Shown: piece by piece, positions 23,596 to 36,630 of the stretch | Position numbering within the stretch: position 1 is the first letter of the stretch | Layout: the number at the start of each line of letters is the position of its first letter | NCBI RefSeq assembly: GCF_963921235.1 | Contig: NC_086108.1 | Span: forward strand, 6,696,001-6,760,000 | Reading direction: 5' to 3' | From: Mobula hypostoma | Lineage: Eukaryota | Length of the DNA: 64,000 nt | The notes under the pieces: model-generated | The model's input: only the letters and a program-made list of their open reading frames with translations | Database searches by the model: none | What the model was told of the DNA's origin: nothing | Translations under genes and position numbers: made by a program

Positions 23596-26500
23596 ATACT
23601 TAGCAAATCTATAGAACAATAACTGTAAACAGGATAATGAATAAAAAAGGTGTGCAAACGCAGATATAAATAAATAGCAGTAAGTAATGAGCATGAAATA
23701 ACAAGATAATGAGCCCTTAAAGTGAGCCCATCGGTTGTGTACTATCCCTCAACCATCAGGCTCTTGAATAAAAAGGTTGTGGGAATATCAGAAGTAGAAT
23801 GAGTGTAGTTATCCCCTTCTATTCAAGAGCCTGATGGTTGAGGGACAGTAACTGTTCTTGAACCTGGTGGAGCGAGCAATTACTAGCCCTCAACCCTACA
23901 GTTTGTCTGTATTCATGAGTATTCATGTTGGTTGAATAACAATTAAACTGGAATTGAATTGATTCTGAATCTGAATAATTGCAAGCATTTCAGAAGTCTT
24001 TTTTCTACAGGTCCAGCACTGCTCTTCTTCCAGCACCACCTCCCCCCTTCACACCACAGGCTATGCAGGCAATTTAGCAACAGCAGGATGTAATTCAATT
24101 TAAAGGTCCCGATTGAATGGAGAATCCTCAGCTGCTGTTAGAACTTGCTCCAGCAACACAGGAATCTGCCCACTGCTTTCTGGGCAGTTTGAAGGCGGAA
24201 GGCCCCACCCTATTCACAGGGAATATATTGCTTTTAGCATTATACCACAGGCCACAGGGATTGAGTAAACACTTTGGAGCCAGAGTAAAAATCAAACTAA
24301 CAGCTTCAGCAAAACATTTTGCATCTTCGGAATGAAGTAATTTCTGCAAAACTAAGGGGGAAATACATGCAGAGGGTGCAAACTTTGGGTCCCAAAAGCA
24401 GTGTGGAAGTGGTAGTTTCTTGTTAAATTACAGAAATTAAAAACAAAATGAGGAATGGCAAAAACAGGAAATGCCATTTGAAGCTTGTTTGTGAAGGTCA
24501 AGTTCCTTTTACCCACTGTAATGCATGTGATGCAAGCCAGGACTGTAAGCTTTGGTAACACAGTGGCCAGCTCCTGTTTACACAAGCTCCAGTTGTGCCT
24601 TGTAAGCTTTAGTGAAATTTAACTTGGTCTCGTTGGATACTCAGAAAATTAGAAGATTTGAAGCGGTGAGATAACCTCAGGCTAGAATTAGATGGGCTCG
24701 TCACCCGCCCAAGAACACACACAGTCACAGTCCCTTAACGTGTGCATTCACATTGACCTTCCTCTCAGGAAGAGGCTTGGTGACATACAATTGCAAATGC
24801 CATGGCCTTAAGGTTATTGTAATTTGCTGTTCCATTGTTCTTTTTCCCTGCCTTTAGAACCTGCCAGTGCTTAAGGAAGCCATTCGGCCTGCTGCTGTAC
24901 CATCGGGAGCATCCTGTCTGGCTGCATCATTGTGTGGTGTGGAAGCTGCAAGGCATCGGTCTGCAAGACCCTACAGAGGAGAGTAAAAACCACTGAGACG
25001 ATCATCGGGATCTCCCTCCTCCCACCTCCCACCCCCCACCCCCACTTGTGACATTTACCAGGAGTACTGCATACGAAGGGTCCAAAGCATTGTTGATGGC
25101 CCCTACCAGCCATCATACAATCTCTCTGACCCACTACCATCAGGAAGGAGGTACAGGAGCATCAGGACTAGGACTGCCAGACTGGGGAACAGCTTCTTCC
25201 CCCAGGCTGTGAGACTAATGAATACCCTGCCATCACCAAGGTCTTGTCACTAGAACAGCAAGTTGTTTACTGTTTACTTAATATGGTAACATACACTTAT
25301 TTTGATAATAAATTACTTTGAATTTGACTTTGAATCAATTTTTGCCGCTGTTCAGACTGTGAATTTCAGGTTTTAGAAAATTATTGCTTGAAAACATATG
25401 TCTCAATATTCCTGTATGACTTTGCCAATTATCTTAAATCTGTGTACTGACTCTGCACCCAATGAAAATTGTTTCTGTTTTACAGTATTGGTCATGCAGC
25501 TGTTACAGAGAAAACAAGACTGAATATTATACAATGACTGCTAGGTGTAAACCAGTCCGGAGCTGGGTATCTAGGCAACTCGGGCAGTTATTATGTCATT
25601 ATCTTCCTTTGGGTGTAACAGTAATACATGCATGTTTTAACCTGAAATATTTGAGAAAGTGAGATTTCTTTTTGTGAAACTCTGTTTTTGAAAAGGATTC
25701 TGTTCAGAGTAAAAAAAAATCTACCACCACCAGTACTTTGTCTTTTCCTATCAGTCTCTTTACGGATGTACAATCAATTTATATATATATAAGTTATCTT
25801 ACGTATGTTTTAAAATTATTGTGTTTTTTTTGAGCTGCATCAGATTCACCCTATCAATTATTTCGCTCTTGTTTACACTGGTATACTGGAAATGACATTA
25901 AACAATCTTGAATGGTGAATTGTACTTGAGTGATAGTATTATGGTGGATTCAGATTAGTATAAGGAGTTCCTAAAAGTTCAAAGTTCAAAGTACATTTTA
26001 TTAACGAAGTACATGTATGTCTCCATATACAACCCTGAGCTTCATTTTCTTGTGGGCAAACTCAGCAAATTTGTAGAATAGTAACTGTAACAGGATCAAT
26101 GAAAGATCAACCAGAGTGCAGAAGACAACAAACTGTGCAAATGCAAATATAAATAAATAGCAATAAATAACAAGAACATGAGATAAAGAGTTCTTTAAAG
26201 TGAGATAATTGGTTGTGGGAACATTTCAATGATGGGGCAAGTGAAGTTGTGTAGTTGTTCACTAGTATTCAAGAGCCTGATGGTTGAGAGGTAGTAACTG
26301 TTCTTGAACCTGGTGGTGTGAGTCCTGAGGCTCTTGTATCTTCTGCCTGATGGCAGCAATGAGAACAGAGCATGGCCTGGGTGGTGAGGATCTCTGATGA
26401 TTTATGCTGCTTTCCTACAACCCTGTTTCAAGTAGATGTGCTCAATAGTTGGGAAGACTTTACCCGTGATGTACTGGGCAAGTACTTTCCTCTGTCATTC

Positions 26501-26600
26501 TGAAATAATCTACCCCTCCCCTCCTCAAAATCAACACACCCCATAACTTCATCAGTTCTAAAAAGAGAAAGTTCCAGTAAGGTATAAGAACAACCTTCCA

Positions 26601-27343
26601 CACTCAGTGTCCACTTTATGAGGTACACCTGTACACCTTTACACACTTGCTTGTTAATGCAAATATCTAATCAGCCAATTATATGGCAGCAACTCAATGC
26701 ATAAAAGTATGCTGACGTGGTCAAGAGGTTCAGTTGTTGTTCAGGCCAAACAGCAGATCTAAGTGACTTGCTTTGTGGCTGTGGACTCACTTTTACGAAC
26801 TTCAATTCTGAATGTGCTTGCTTTTATTGTTAGCATGATTTTTTTTCTCCCTGCACACTGGGTGTTTGGCGATCTTTTTTACTTGGGGGTTATTGGATTT
26901 CTTTGTTTTGTGGCTGCCTGTAAGAAGACAAATCTGAAGTATACATACTTAGATAATGAATGTATTTTGATCTTTGTTGGTTCCTACCGGGTTGATTTGA
27001 GTATCTCAGAAACTGCTGATCGCCTGGGATTTTCACGCACAACACTCTCTAGAGAACAGTGTGAAAAACAAAAAACATCCAGTGGACAGCAGTTCCATGG
27101 GCGGAAAGACCTTGTCAATGAGAGAGGTCAGAGGAGAATGGCCAGACTGCTTCAAGCTTACCTGAAGGCAGCAGAAACTCAAATGACCACACGCTACAAC
27201 AGTGGTGTGCAGAAGAGCATCTCTGAACGCACAGCACGTCAAACCTTGAAGTGGTTGGGCTACAACAGCAGAAGATCATGAACATGCACTCATTAGCCAC
27301 TCTACTAGGCACAGGAGGAAGCTAATAAAGTGGCCACTGAGTG
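26601..27343 (+). mobile_element. Tc1-like DNA transposon, internally deleted
   Basis: TIRs cactcagtgtccactttat (26601) and ataaagtggccactgagtg|TA (27343). HTH remnant SISETADRLGFSRTTLSR...ERGQRRMARL...ISERTARQTLKWLGYNSRR. A LINE 3' UTR piece is inserted at ~26765-26975. Confidence 0.85.
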
Positions 27344-27619
27344 TATATTTCATGTAAAAGGTAATCTTTCATGTAAAATGATTGGAGGGAACATAATATC
27401 TACCCAAGGGTGACAGGAGGCCATTCAGCCAATTATGTCTATAGTTATATTCAATGGTTATGAATATATGTTCACTCCTTCTGTGCTCTATATCCCGTGA
27501 TATACTTATCTAATGGATTAGTAGCACAATCAGTCTCAGGTTTCAGCATTTAAATTCAAGGCCATTCAGTGAGGTAGATTGCTACCACCCTCCTCTTTGG
27601 AAAAATGCTGTCACTGGAA

Positions 27620-28000
27620 CATGTAGAGTGACAGAGGCTGAGGAGGAGATCTGATAGAGGTTTATAAGATTATGAGAGGCATAGATCGAGTGGACAGGGA
27701 ATATCTGTTTTCCAGGGTAGAAATGTCTAATACCAGAAGGCACACATTGGGGGTGAGAGGGGTAGGATCAAGGGAGATGTGAGGAGTAAGATTTTTACTC
27801 GGAGAGTGGTGGATGCCTGGTATGGTGGTAGAGGCAAATACGTTAGAGGTTTTTAAGAGGTGCATGGAATTAAGGAAGATGGAGGGATACGGACATGGTG
27901 TAGGGAGGAGGGATTAGTGTTTGGGTGTTTTTGATTTGCTTCTTAGCTGGTTTGGCACAACATTCTGGGTCGAGGGGCTGTTTCTGTGATGTACTCTACT
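27620..28000 (+). mobile_element. CR1 3' fragment; similar fragments at ~30070-30435, 52370-52790, 53470-53800, 55905-56200 (+) and 39790-40280, 40500-40995, 43440-43935, 50520-50860 (-)
   Basis: C-terminal motifs RLRGDLIEVYKIMRG.DRVD...LFPR...FF.QRVV..WN.LP (e.g. ORF 43538-43948). Confidence 0.8.
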
Positions 28001-28029
28001 ATATCTAAAAAAAAATACCAGGATAAATA

Positions 28030-29105
28030 AACCACTGGCATATGTTGTGAAATTTGTTGTATTGGTAGCAGCAGTACATTACAATACAGAATACTGTATA
28101 TATTAAATAGTTAAATTAAGTAGTGCAATAACAGAAATAAAAAGGTAATGAGGTAGTGCTCATGGGCTCAATGTCCATTCAGAAATCAGCTGAGAGGGGG
28201 GAAGAGGCTGAATCTCTGAGTGTGTGTCTTCAGGCTCCTGTAACTCCTTCCTGGTGGTATCAATGAGAATAAGGCTTGACTTGGGTGATGGGGGTCTTTA
28301 ACGAGGGACGTTGCTTTTTTCGAGGCATTGCTCCTTGACATGTCCTGGACACCACGTAGACTAGAGCCCATGATGGAGCTGACTAAGTTTACAACTCTCT
28401 ACTGCTTATTTCAACGCTGTGCAGTAGCCCTCCCCCTTCCCCCCCCCCACCATACCAAACAGTGATGCAGCCAGTTAGAATGCTCTCCATGGTACATTTG
28501 TAGAAATTTGCAAGTGGTTTTGGTGACATACTAAATCTCCTCAAACTCCCAATGAAATATGTTGTTCTTTCTCTGTAGCTGCATCGATATTTGGGCCCAG
28601 GTTACATCCTCAGAGGTAGTGACACCCAGGAACTTGAAGTTGCTCACTCTTTCCGTTTCTGGTCCCATGGTGATGTTCCCTCATCTTACCCTTTCTGAAG
28701 TCCACAATCAGCTCTTTGTCGGGTGCAAGGTTGTTGCTGTGACCACTTAACTAGCTGATATATCTCACTCCTGTATGCCCGCTCGATACCATCTGAGATT
28801 CTGCCAACTTCCGTGTATCTTCAGCAAATTTCTCGATGGCATTTGAGCTGTCCCTGGCCACACAGTCATGGGTGTAGAGAGAGCAGGGCAGTGGGCTAAG
28901 CACACATCCCCGAGGTGCACCAGTGTTGCTTGTCAGTGAGGTAGAGATGTTATTTCCAACCCACACAGACTGTGGTCTTCTGGTTAGGAAGTCAAGGGTC
29001 CATTTGTAGAGGGAGGTATAGAGGCTTAGGTCCTGGAGCTTTTTGATCAGAACTGTAGGAATGATTGTATTAAACACCAAGCTGAGTTCAGTAAACAGCA
29101 TTTTG
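28030..29105 (-). mobile_element. Rex1/Babar-type LINE RT fragment
   Basis: LDFLTRRPQSV...NTGAPRGCVLSPLPCSLYTHDC...KFAEDT (ORF 28751-29101). Similar fragments at ~48490-49450, 49760-50420 (+) and 61065-61920 (-). Confidence 0.8.
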
Positions 29106-31189
29106 ATCTAGGCATATGTATTTGTATTCATGCGTGCTTAGTGTGGAAGATTGTTACTACCTTCATCTTGAAAAAATACTATCACTTGAACACATAGAGC
29201 AAAAAAATAAACACAACGTACAGAAAATAATCAGAACAACAAAACAGGCAAACAGTAATAAATGCTATTGGTACAGTGGCATTTTTGTTACTGTTATGTA
29301 CCAATACACATCTCACGCAACCCACAGCTACAGCAAATAAATGTGGTTAGAAACTGGAAAAACACATGTTTTTTTGCAGACAGACAGCTTTAGTGAACTG
29401 GGAAGGCTTGTTCTGTGCTTTACAGGCTGACATACACCCAGTGTAGGTTTAATATCACTGGCATACGTTTATTAACTTTGCAGCAGCAGTACAATGCAAC
29501 ACATGATAATATGGAAAAAGCTGTGAATTACATTAAGTATATACAATAGTTACATTAAATAAGTAGTGCAAAAATAGAAATAAAAACTAGTGAGGAAGTG
29601 TTGGGCTCAATCTCCATTCAGAAATTGGATGGTAGCGAGGAAGAGTTTGCAATAACCAATTAACCTAATAAGCGGTGCGTCTTTGGACTGTGGGAGAATA
29701 CAGGAGTACCCAGAGGAAACCCACACAGTTGACGGGGAGAAGGTACAAACTCCATAGAGACAGCGCTGGAATTGAAATCTGAATTCCCGACCACCCAACG
29801 TACTTTGATAATCAATTTACTTTGAACTTTGAGATCCATTTCTCTACTAAGGAATATCATATAAAGAAAGGTAAACTATTGTTTTGCTCCATGACAGTGT
29901 CCATTAGACAATGGCTTAGTTATACTTTTCAAGTAATCAATAATTAGAACTTGATTTACTGCTTCCTATCTGTGAAACTTAAGTCCTTAACACTACACCC
30001 TGTGGCAGGTTGACATAAATTCTCTTAAGTCTCTCTCTTATTCAGTACTAGTTACCAAATCCCTTCACATATTGAATGTTGAAAGGCCTAGATAGAGTGG
30101 ACGTGGAGAATGTTTTGTTTGGTGGGGAAGTCTAGGAGCAGAGGGAACAGCCTCAGAATAGAGGAACATCCATTTAGAATGGAGATGAGGAGGAATTTCT
30201 TTAGCCAAAGGGTGGTGAATCTGTGGAATTCGTTGCCACGGGCAGCTGTGGAGGCCAGGTCACTGGGTGTATTTAAGGCAGAAGTTGATAGGATCTTGAT
30301 TAGTCAGGGCATGAAGCATTACAGGGAGAAGTCAAGAGGTTGGAGCTGAGAGGGAAATGGATCAGCCATGATGAAATAGCGGCGAAGACTCGATGGGCCA
30401 AATGGCCTAATTTTACTCCTATATCTTTTGGTCTTATGAAACTTCCAATAATATGTACAAAAATGCACCCATTTTTTGATTACTTTTAACCTAATGATGG
30501 TGTTCATCATTAGTGACCCTCATCACCCAGGTCATGCCTTGTTCTCATTGCTACCATCAGGGAGGAGGTACAGGAACCTGAAGGCACACACTCAACAATT
30601 CAGGAACAGCTTCTCCCCCTCACCCGTCGGATTTCTGAATGAACATTGAATCCATGAACACTATCTCACTACTTTTTTATGCCTGGTTTTGTACTATTTA
30701 TTTAACTAATTCATATATACTAACTGTAATTGATGTTTTTTTTCCTATTATTATGTATTGCATTGTTCTGATGCTGCAAAATCAACGAATTTCACAACGT
30801 ATGTTGTGATTTTTGTTCCTCTCCGCACCTTGTGGCACTTTGAGCAGCAACGTTGTTATTTTTCTTTAACATTTTTGTCTTTTTTTACGAGGCTGTGTTG
30901 CTAGCTCATCACTCAACCCAGCATGGATGGAAAGCGTGCAAAGAGACAGCCAGATTCGAACCCATGACCACTTGCCTTGAAGTCCAGTGTGGATGGCACT
31001 ACACCACCGGCCAGCATGACATATACAAGAGATATTAAACCCGTTTCTGCTTCTGATTCTGACTGTTTTATTTTGTCATGAAGTTTATGAATGTGAAAAG
31101 TATTTATAGGATGAGATTGCACTAGCTGCAAGTCCCACCAACATCAAATAAGATCAGAGAAAGAATTCCGGAAATGACGTAGAAGTAAC

Positions 31190-31500
31190 CACCTTTGACA
31201 TCAAGGCAGTATTTGACCAAATGTGCCATCAAGATGCCCTGAAGTAAACTGGTCTATGGGCATCAAAAGGAAATTGTCCCAATGCTTCGAGCCATGCTTT
31301 GCGGAAAAGACTATTGTGATGGAGGTCAACCAGAGAACATTACTTCGGGCAGTAACCTGGCCAAACGACCATCATCATAATGTCAGAATTAGGGATGCTT
31401 GCTGTTAACTGTAGAGTATTCAATTCCAATGACAAGGACTCAGCAGATGAGCAGTAGACGATACCTGCAAGCAGCAAGGCATCGTCAATATTCAGGTTTG
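31190..31500 (+). mobile_element. Old, highly degraded LINE RT fragment
   Basis: ttt gac atc aag gca gta ttt gac translates FDIKAVFD, like the RT DxxxAFD motif, followed by H-Q and MGI remnants. Confidence 0.45.
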
Positions 31501-31535
31501 TGACTAATGATCATTTGAGCATTGGGTACTAATTA

Positions 31536-32264
31536 CTTTGGACAACAAAGATTTTGCTTCCTGAATACTTTTGGGTATATCTTTTGGATTTTGGGCTGCT
31601 GATCTTGAAAATCACCGTGAAATTGCCCTATCATGCACCATTGTTTTGAAATTGCCTATATTTATTATTTCAATTCATTATTCAAGACAGATAACTGATA
31701 CCAAGATTAAGGCATTTTTGTTGGTTCACAAATCAAGCAGGCGATTCAAAGAACTTCTAGTGGGACCAGAGAAAATCATATGGAAGGCATTCAAGAATGT
31801 TGTTGAAAATTTTCTTGGCAACTGCAGAGCACCAAACTAAATGCAGCTGGTTGACAACATGCTTCAAGCATACAAAACCAAGAAGTGCAACATGTCACTA
31901 AAGATTCATTTTCTGCATTCCCATTTAGACTCCTTCCCTGCAAATCTTGGTGCTGTCAGTGACGAGCACGGTGAAAGGTTTCATCAGGACATTGCGGTCA
32001 TGGAGAAATAGTATCAGGGCAACTGGAATCCATCAACACTGGCTGATTATTGTTGGACACTTCAGCAAGAAGCCTCAGACACTGAGTACAAATGAAAATC
32101 AACAAAAAACATCTTGAGCTCAGTTGTATTTTTGCAAAGCGTCAGCACCATAACGCAATTTAACACATTATATTCAATAAAAGTTAATTTATTGCTTCTC
32201 CAAGTTCCTACATGATACAAATTTCTGAGAAAGCAACACATTAAAATAAAATTGTGTTCCAGTG
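31536..32264 (+). mobile_element. Internally deleted DNA transposon, probably Chapaev3 (CMC superfamily)
   Basis: Transposase C-terminus WKAFKNVVENFLGN...CNMSLKIHFLHSHLDSFPANLGAVSDEHGERFHQDIAVMEK.YQGNWNPSTLADYCWTL. The right end is ...TTCCAGTG|TAA and the degenerate left end is TTA|CTTTGGAC. The family name comes from motif memory, not a search. Confidence 0.6.
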
Positions 32265-32766
32265 TAATCATCTGAAGATCAGAAGGATCTGGATCAGAAT
32301 CAAGTTTAATATCATGAGATTTGATATTATGCAGCAGCAATACAATGTAATACAGAATAACAGAATCCTCTAAATTACAGTAAGTATATATACATATATA
32401 TATCTGTATCTATATAATAAGTTAAATTATTTACGTAGTGCAAAAAGAGAAAAAGAAGCAGTGAGGTAGTGTTCATAGGTTCAATATTCATTCTCCTGTA
32501 CCTCCTTCCTGATGGTAGCAATGAGAATCAGGCATGGCCTGGGTGATGGGGGTCCTTAATAATGGATGCAACACACACAAAATGCTGGAGGAACTCAGCA
32601 GGTCAAAACCCTTCGTCGGGAAGGTGTTGCTTTTGATTTCCAGCATCAGCAGGCTTTCTCATCTTAATGATGGTTGCTGCCTTCTTGAGGCATTACTCCT
32701 TGGAGATGTCCTGGATGCTGGGAAGGCAAGTGCTTATGATGAGGCAGACTGAGTTCACAACTTTTA

Positions 32767-33372
32767 GATTATGAAGACACGCAGTCCTCTTTTATTGTCA
32801 TTAAGAAATGACGCAATATTTCCTCTGGTGTGATATCACAAAACACAGGACAGACCAAGACTGAAAAAACTGACAAAACCACATAATTAAAACATATAGT
32901 TACAACAGTGCAACAATACCATAACTTGATGAAGAAGTCCATGAGCACAGTAAAAAGTTCAAAGTCTCTCAAATGTCCCACATCTCACGCAGACAGGAGA
33001 AGGAAGAAAACTCTCCCTGCCATGCCCGACCACAGTCCAACTCTGAGTCGTCGGAAAACTTCGAGCCTCCGATCAGCTCTCCGACACCGAGTACTGAGTG
33101 CCATCTCTGTCTGAACGATTCGACCTCAATCTCGGTTGCCAACAGCAGGCAAAGCCGGGGATTTTGAGGCCTTCCCTCTGGAAGATTCCCGACCGCGCAC
33201 TAACAACAGCAGCGAACTGGCGTTTCAGAAATTTCTCCAGATGTTCCTCTGTGCTTTCACGTCTGTCTCCTTCAAATCAGAATTGTCCACGGCCCTATTT
33301 AACAGATACGATATCATTTTTCACCGGAGGCCTGCGCACGCGCGGCGTGCTGCTCTCTCTCCTCCCGCCATT
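32767..33372 (-). mobile_element. CpG-rich non-autonomous retroposon inserted in a Rex-type repeat
   Basis: Interrupts host ...cacaacttt|ctgcagc; CAACTTT is duplicated. AATAAA and a 3' tail on the minus strand; CpGs retained. Confidence 0.55.
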
Positions 33373-35584
33373 CTGCAGCTTATTTCTGCAACTTTCTGCA
33401 GCTTATTTTGATCCAGTGTAGTGGCTCCCCCCTCCACCCCCAATCCTCATACATTTGGTGATGCAGCCAGTTAGAATGTTCTCCACTGTACATCGGTAGA
33501 AATTTGCGACTGTATCTATTTATTCATTTATCTACGTATTTACTTATTAATCCGTTTATTCGTTTATTTATTTATTTATAGACAAGCACAGAGTAGGCCC
33601 TTTGAGCAGCATCACCACTGTAAACCCTGATAACCCCTGTTTAAACCTAGCCTAATTAAGGGATAAATTTACATAACCAATTAACCCATCCGGTATGTCC
33701 TCAGACTGTTGGAAGACAAACGGAGACTCCTTACAGAGGACGTGGAATTGAACTGTGAACTACAACACCCCGAGCTGTGATAATGTCATGCTACCATGAG
33801 TTGAGAATCCTATACAAGGAACTCAGAGTGTATCAGGTGGCAACTGCATACTTGATTGGCGCACTCGGGCCTGGGCTCAGAGTGAGTTTGTAGATGGCAG
33901 ATGGGTCAGGACGGTTCCAAACTTTGACAGACATCTGTGGATGTGTAGTGGAGAGTGTATAGACTGGCTGCATCACAGCCTGGTATGGAAACTCCAATAC
34001 CCTTGAATGGAAAATCCTACAAAAGTAGGGGATACGGGCCCAGTACATCAAAGGTAAAGCCCTCCCCACCATGGAGCACACCTACATGAAACGCTACCGC
34101 AGGAAAGTAGCATCCATCATCGGGAACCTCCACCATCCACAACATGCTCTGTTCTTGCTGTTGCCTTAGGAAGAAAGTAATGAAGCCTCAGGACTCACAC
34201 CATCAGGTTCAGGAACAGTCATTGCCCCTCAACCATCATGAACCAGAGGGGATAGCTCACTCAGCTTCACTTGCCCCATCACTAAAATGCTCCCACAACC
34301 AGTGGGCTCACTTTCAAGGACTCTTCACCTCATGTTCTCAGTATTTATTATTATTATTTCTTTCTTTTAGTATTTTTACAGTTTCTTGTCTTCTGCACAC
34401 TAATTGAGCACCTAAGTTGGTGTGGTCTTTCATTGATTCTTTATGGTTATTACTCTATTATGGATTTAAAGAGTATGCCCACAAGAAACTGTATCTCAGG
34501 GTTGAATATGGTAACACAGATGTACTTTGATCATTATTTTACTTTGAACTTTGAACTTTGAGCGAAACTAGGGTGAAACAATGAGAAGGGACGATAAACA
34601 AAGTAGTAGTTACCACACTGCTTTACGGTACAGGTGACACAGGTTCAATCCCCACCACTGCATGTAAGGAGCTTGTACGTTCTCCCTGTGACTGTGTGGG
34701 TTTCCTCAGGGTGCTCAGGTTTCCTCCCACACTCCAAAGGTGTACCGGTTGGTAGGTTAATTGGTTATTGTAAATTGTCCCGTGATTAGGCTAGGGTTAA
34801 ATCAGGAGACGGCTGGGTAGTGTGGCTTGAATGGCCAGAAGGGCCTATTCTGCACTGTATCTCAATAAACAAACCTTGCCTAATATAGATCCCAATCCAT
34901 TGTTGCATTTGTAAAATATGCTTGTCTCAGGAATGTTCAACAACAGTCACGTCATTCACAATGTTGCAAATAAAGTGTAATAGGAGGAACAACATCATCT
35001 CACGTACAGCTGACAGAAATCACGTCATGGAAAGTGTAAAGGCAACTTTCCAGAGTTTTGTGAAATGACCCAGAAATGGCTGATATTGCATTTCACTCCA
35101 GGTTAAATTAATTCCCACTCACAGAGTGTTGAAAGAAAACAGTTTGTGATCAAGTTTCTCGGACAAAACCTTCAGTTTCAACTGCACCTGCCCTGTCCTA
35201 GAACCAGCATGTAAATGTAATTGTGAAGAAATCACGTGCAGCACCTCTACATCCTTAAGAGTCCGTGGAGATTTGGCATGTCATCAAAAACTGACAAACT
35301 TCTATAGATGTGTAGTGGAGAGTGTACGGACTGGCTGCATCACAGCCTGATATGGAAACACCAATGCCCTTGAATGGAAAATCCCACAAAAGGTAGTGGA
35401 TCCAGCCCAATCTATTATGGGTAAAGCCCTCCCAGCTATTAAGCATATCTACATGAAACGCCATACATGAAAGCAGCATCATCATCAGCGATCCCACCTC
35501 CCAGGACATGCTCTCTTCTCATTGCTTCCATCAGGAAGGAGGTACAAGAGCCTCAGGACTCACACCACCAGGTTCAGGAGCAGC

Positions 35585-36630
35585 TGTCCTCTGCAATCAC
35601 TCTGAGCACCGGTGCCCCACAAGGCTGTGTACTCAGCCCCCTGCTGTACTCACTGTTCACCCATGATTGTGTAGCCAAGTTTCCATCAAGCTCAATATAT
35701 AAGTTTGCTGATGACACAACAATTGTAGGCCGTGTCTCAGGTAACGATGAGTTTGAGTACAGAGAGGAAATTAAGAACCTGGTGGCATGGTGTGAAGACA
35801 ATAACCTATCCCTCAACGTCAGCAAGACGAAGGAATTAGTTGTTGACTTCAGAAGGAGTAGCGGACCGCACGACCCAATTTATATCAGTGGTGCGCAAGT
35901 GGAACAGGTCAAAAGCTTTAAGTTCCTCGGGGTCCATATCACAAATGACCTGACTTGGTCCAACCAAGCAGAGTTCACTGCCAAGAAGGCCCACCAGCAC
36001 CTTTACTTCCTGAGAAAACTAAAGAAATTTGGCCTGTCCCCTAAAACCCTCACTAATTTTTATAGATGAACCGTAGAAAGCATTCTTCTAGGGTGCATCA
36101 CAACCTGGTATGGAAGTTGTCCTGTCCAAGACCGAAAGAAGCTGCAGAAGATCGTGAACACAGCGCAGCACATCCCACAAACCAATCTTCCATCCTTGGA
36201 CTCACTTTACACCGCACGCTGTCGGAGCAGTGCTGCCAGGATAATCAAGGACACGACTCACCCAGCCAACACAATTTTCATCCCTCTTCCCTCCGGGAGA
36301 AGGCTCAGGAGCTTGAAGACTCGTACGGCCAGATTTGGGAACAGCTTCTTTCCAAATGTGATAAGACTGCTGAACGGATCCTGACCCGGATCTGGGCCGT
36401 ACCCTCCAAATACCTGGACCTGCCTCTCGGTTTTTTTGCACAACCTTACTTCCCAGTTTTCTATTTTCTGGTTATGATATATAATTTAAATTTTTAATAT
36501 GTACAACTTTTTACTATTTTTAATATTTAATATTTGTAATCCAGGGAGTGGGAAGCACAGAATCAAATATCGCTGTGATGATTGTACGTTCTAGTATCAA
36601 TTGTTTGGTGACAATAAAGTATAAAGTATA
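35585..36630 (+). mobile_element. Relatively young Rex1/Babar LINE 3' portion (RT to C-terminus)
   Basis: [25 protein letters not shown]...KFADDTT...LSLNVSKTKELVVDFRR...FKFLGVHI; one stop at 36067-36069; (ATAAAGT)n tail. Confidence 0.88.
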
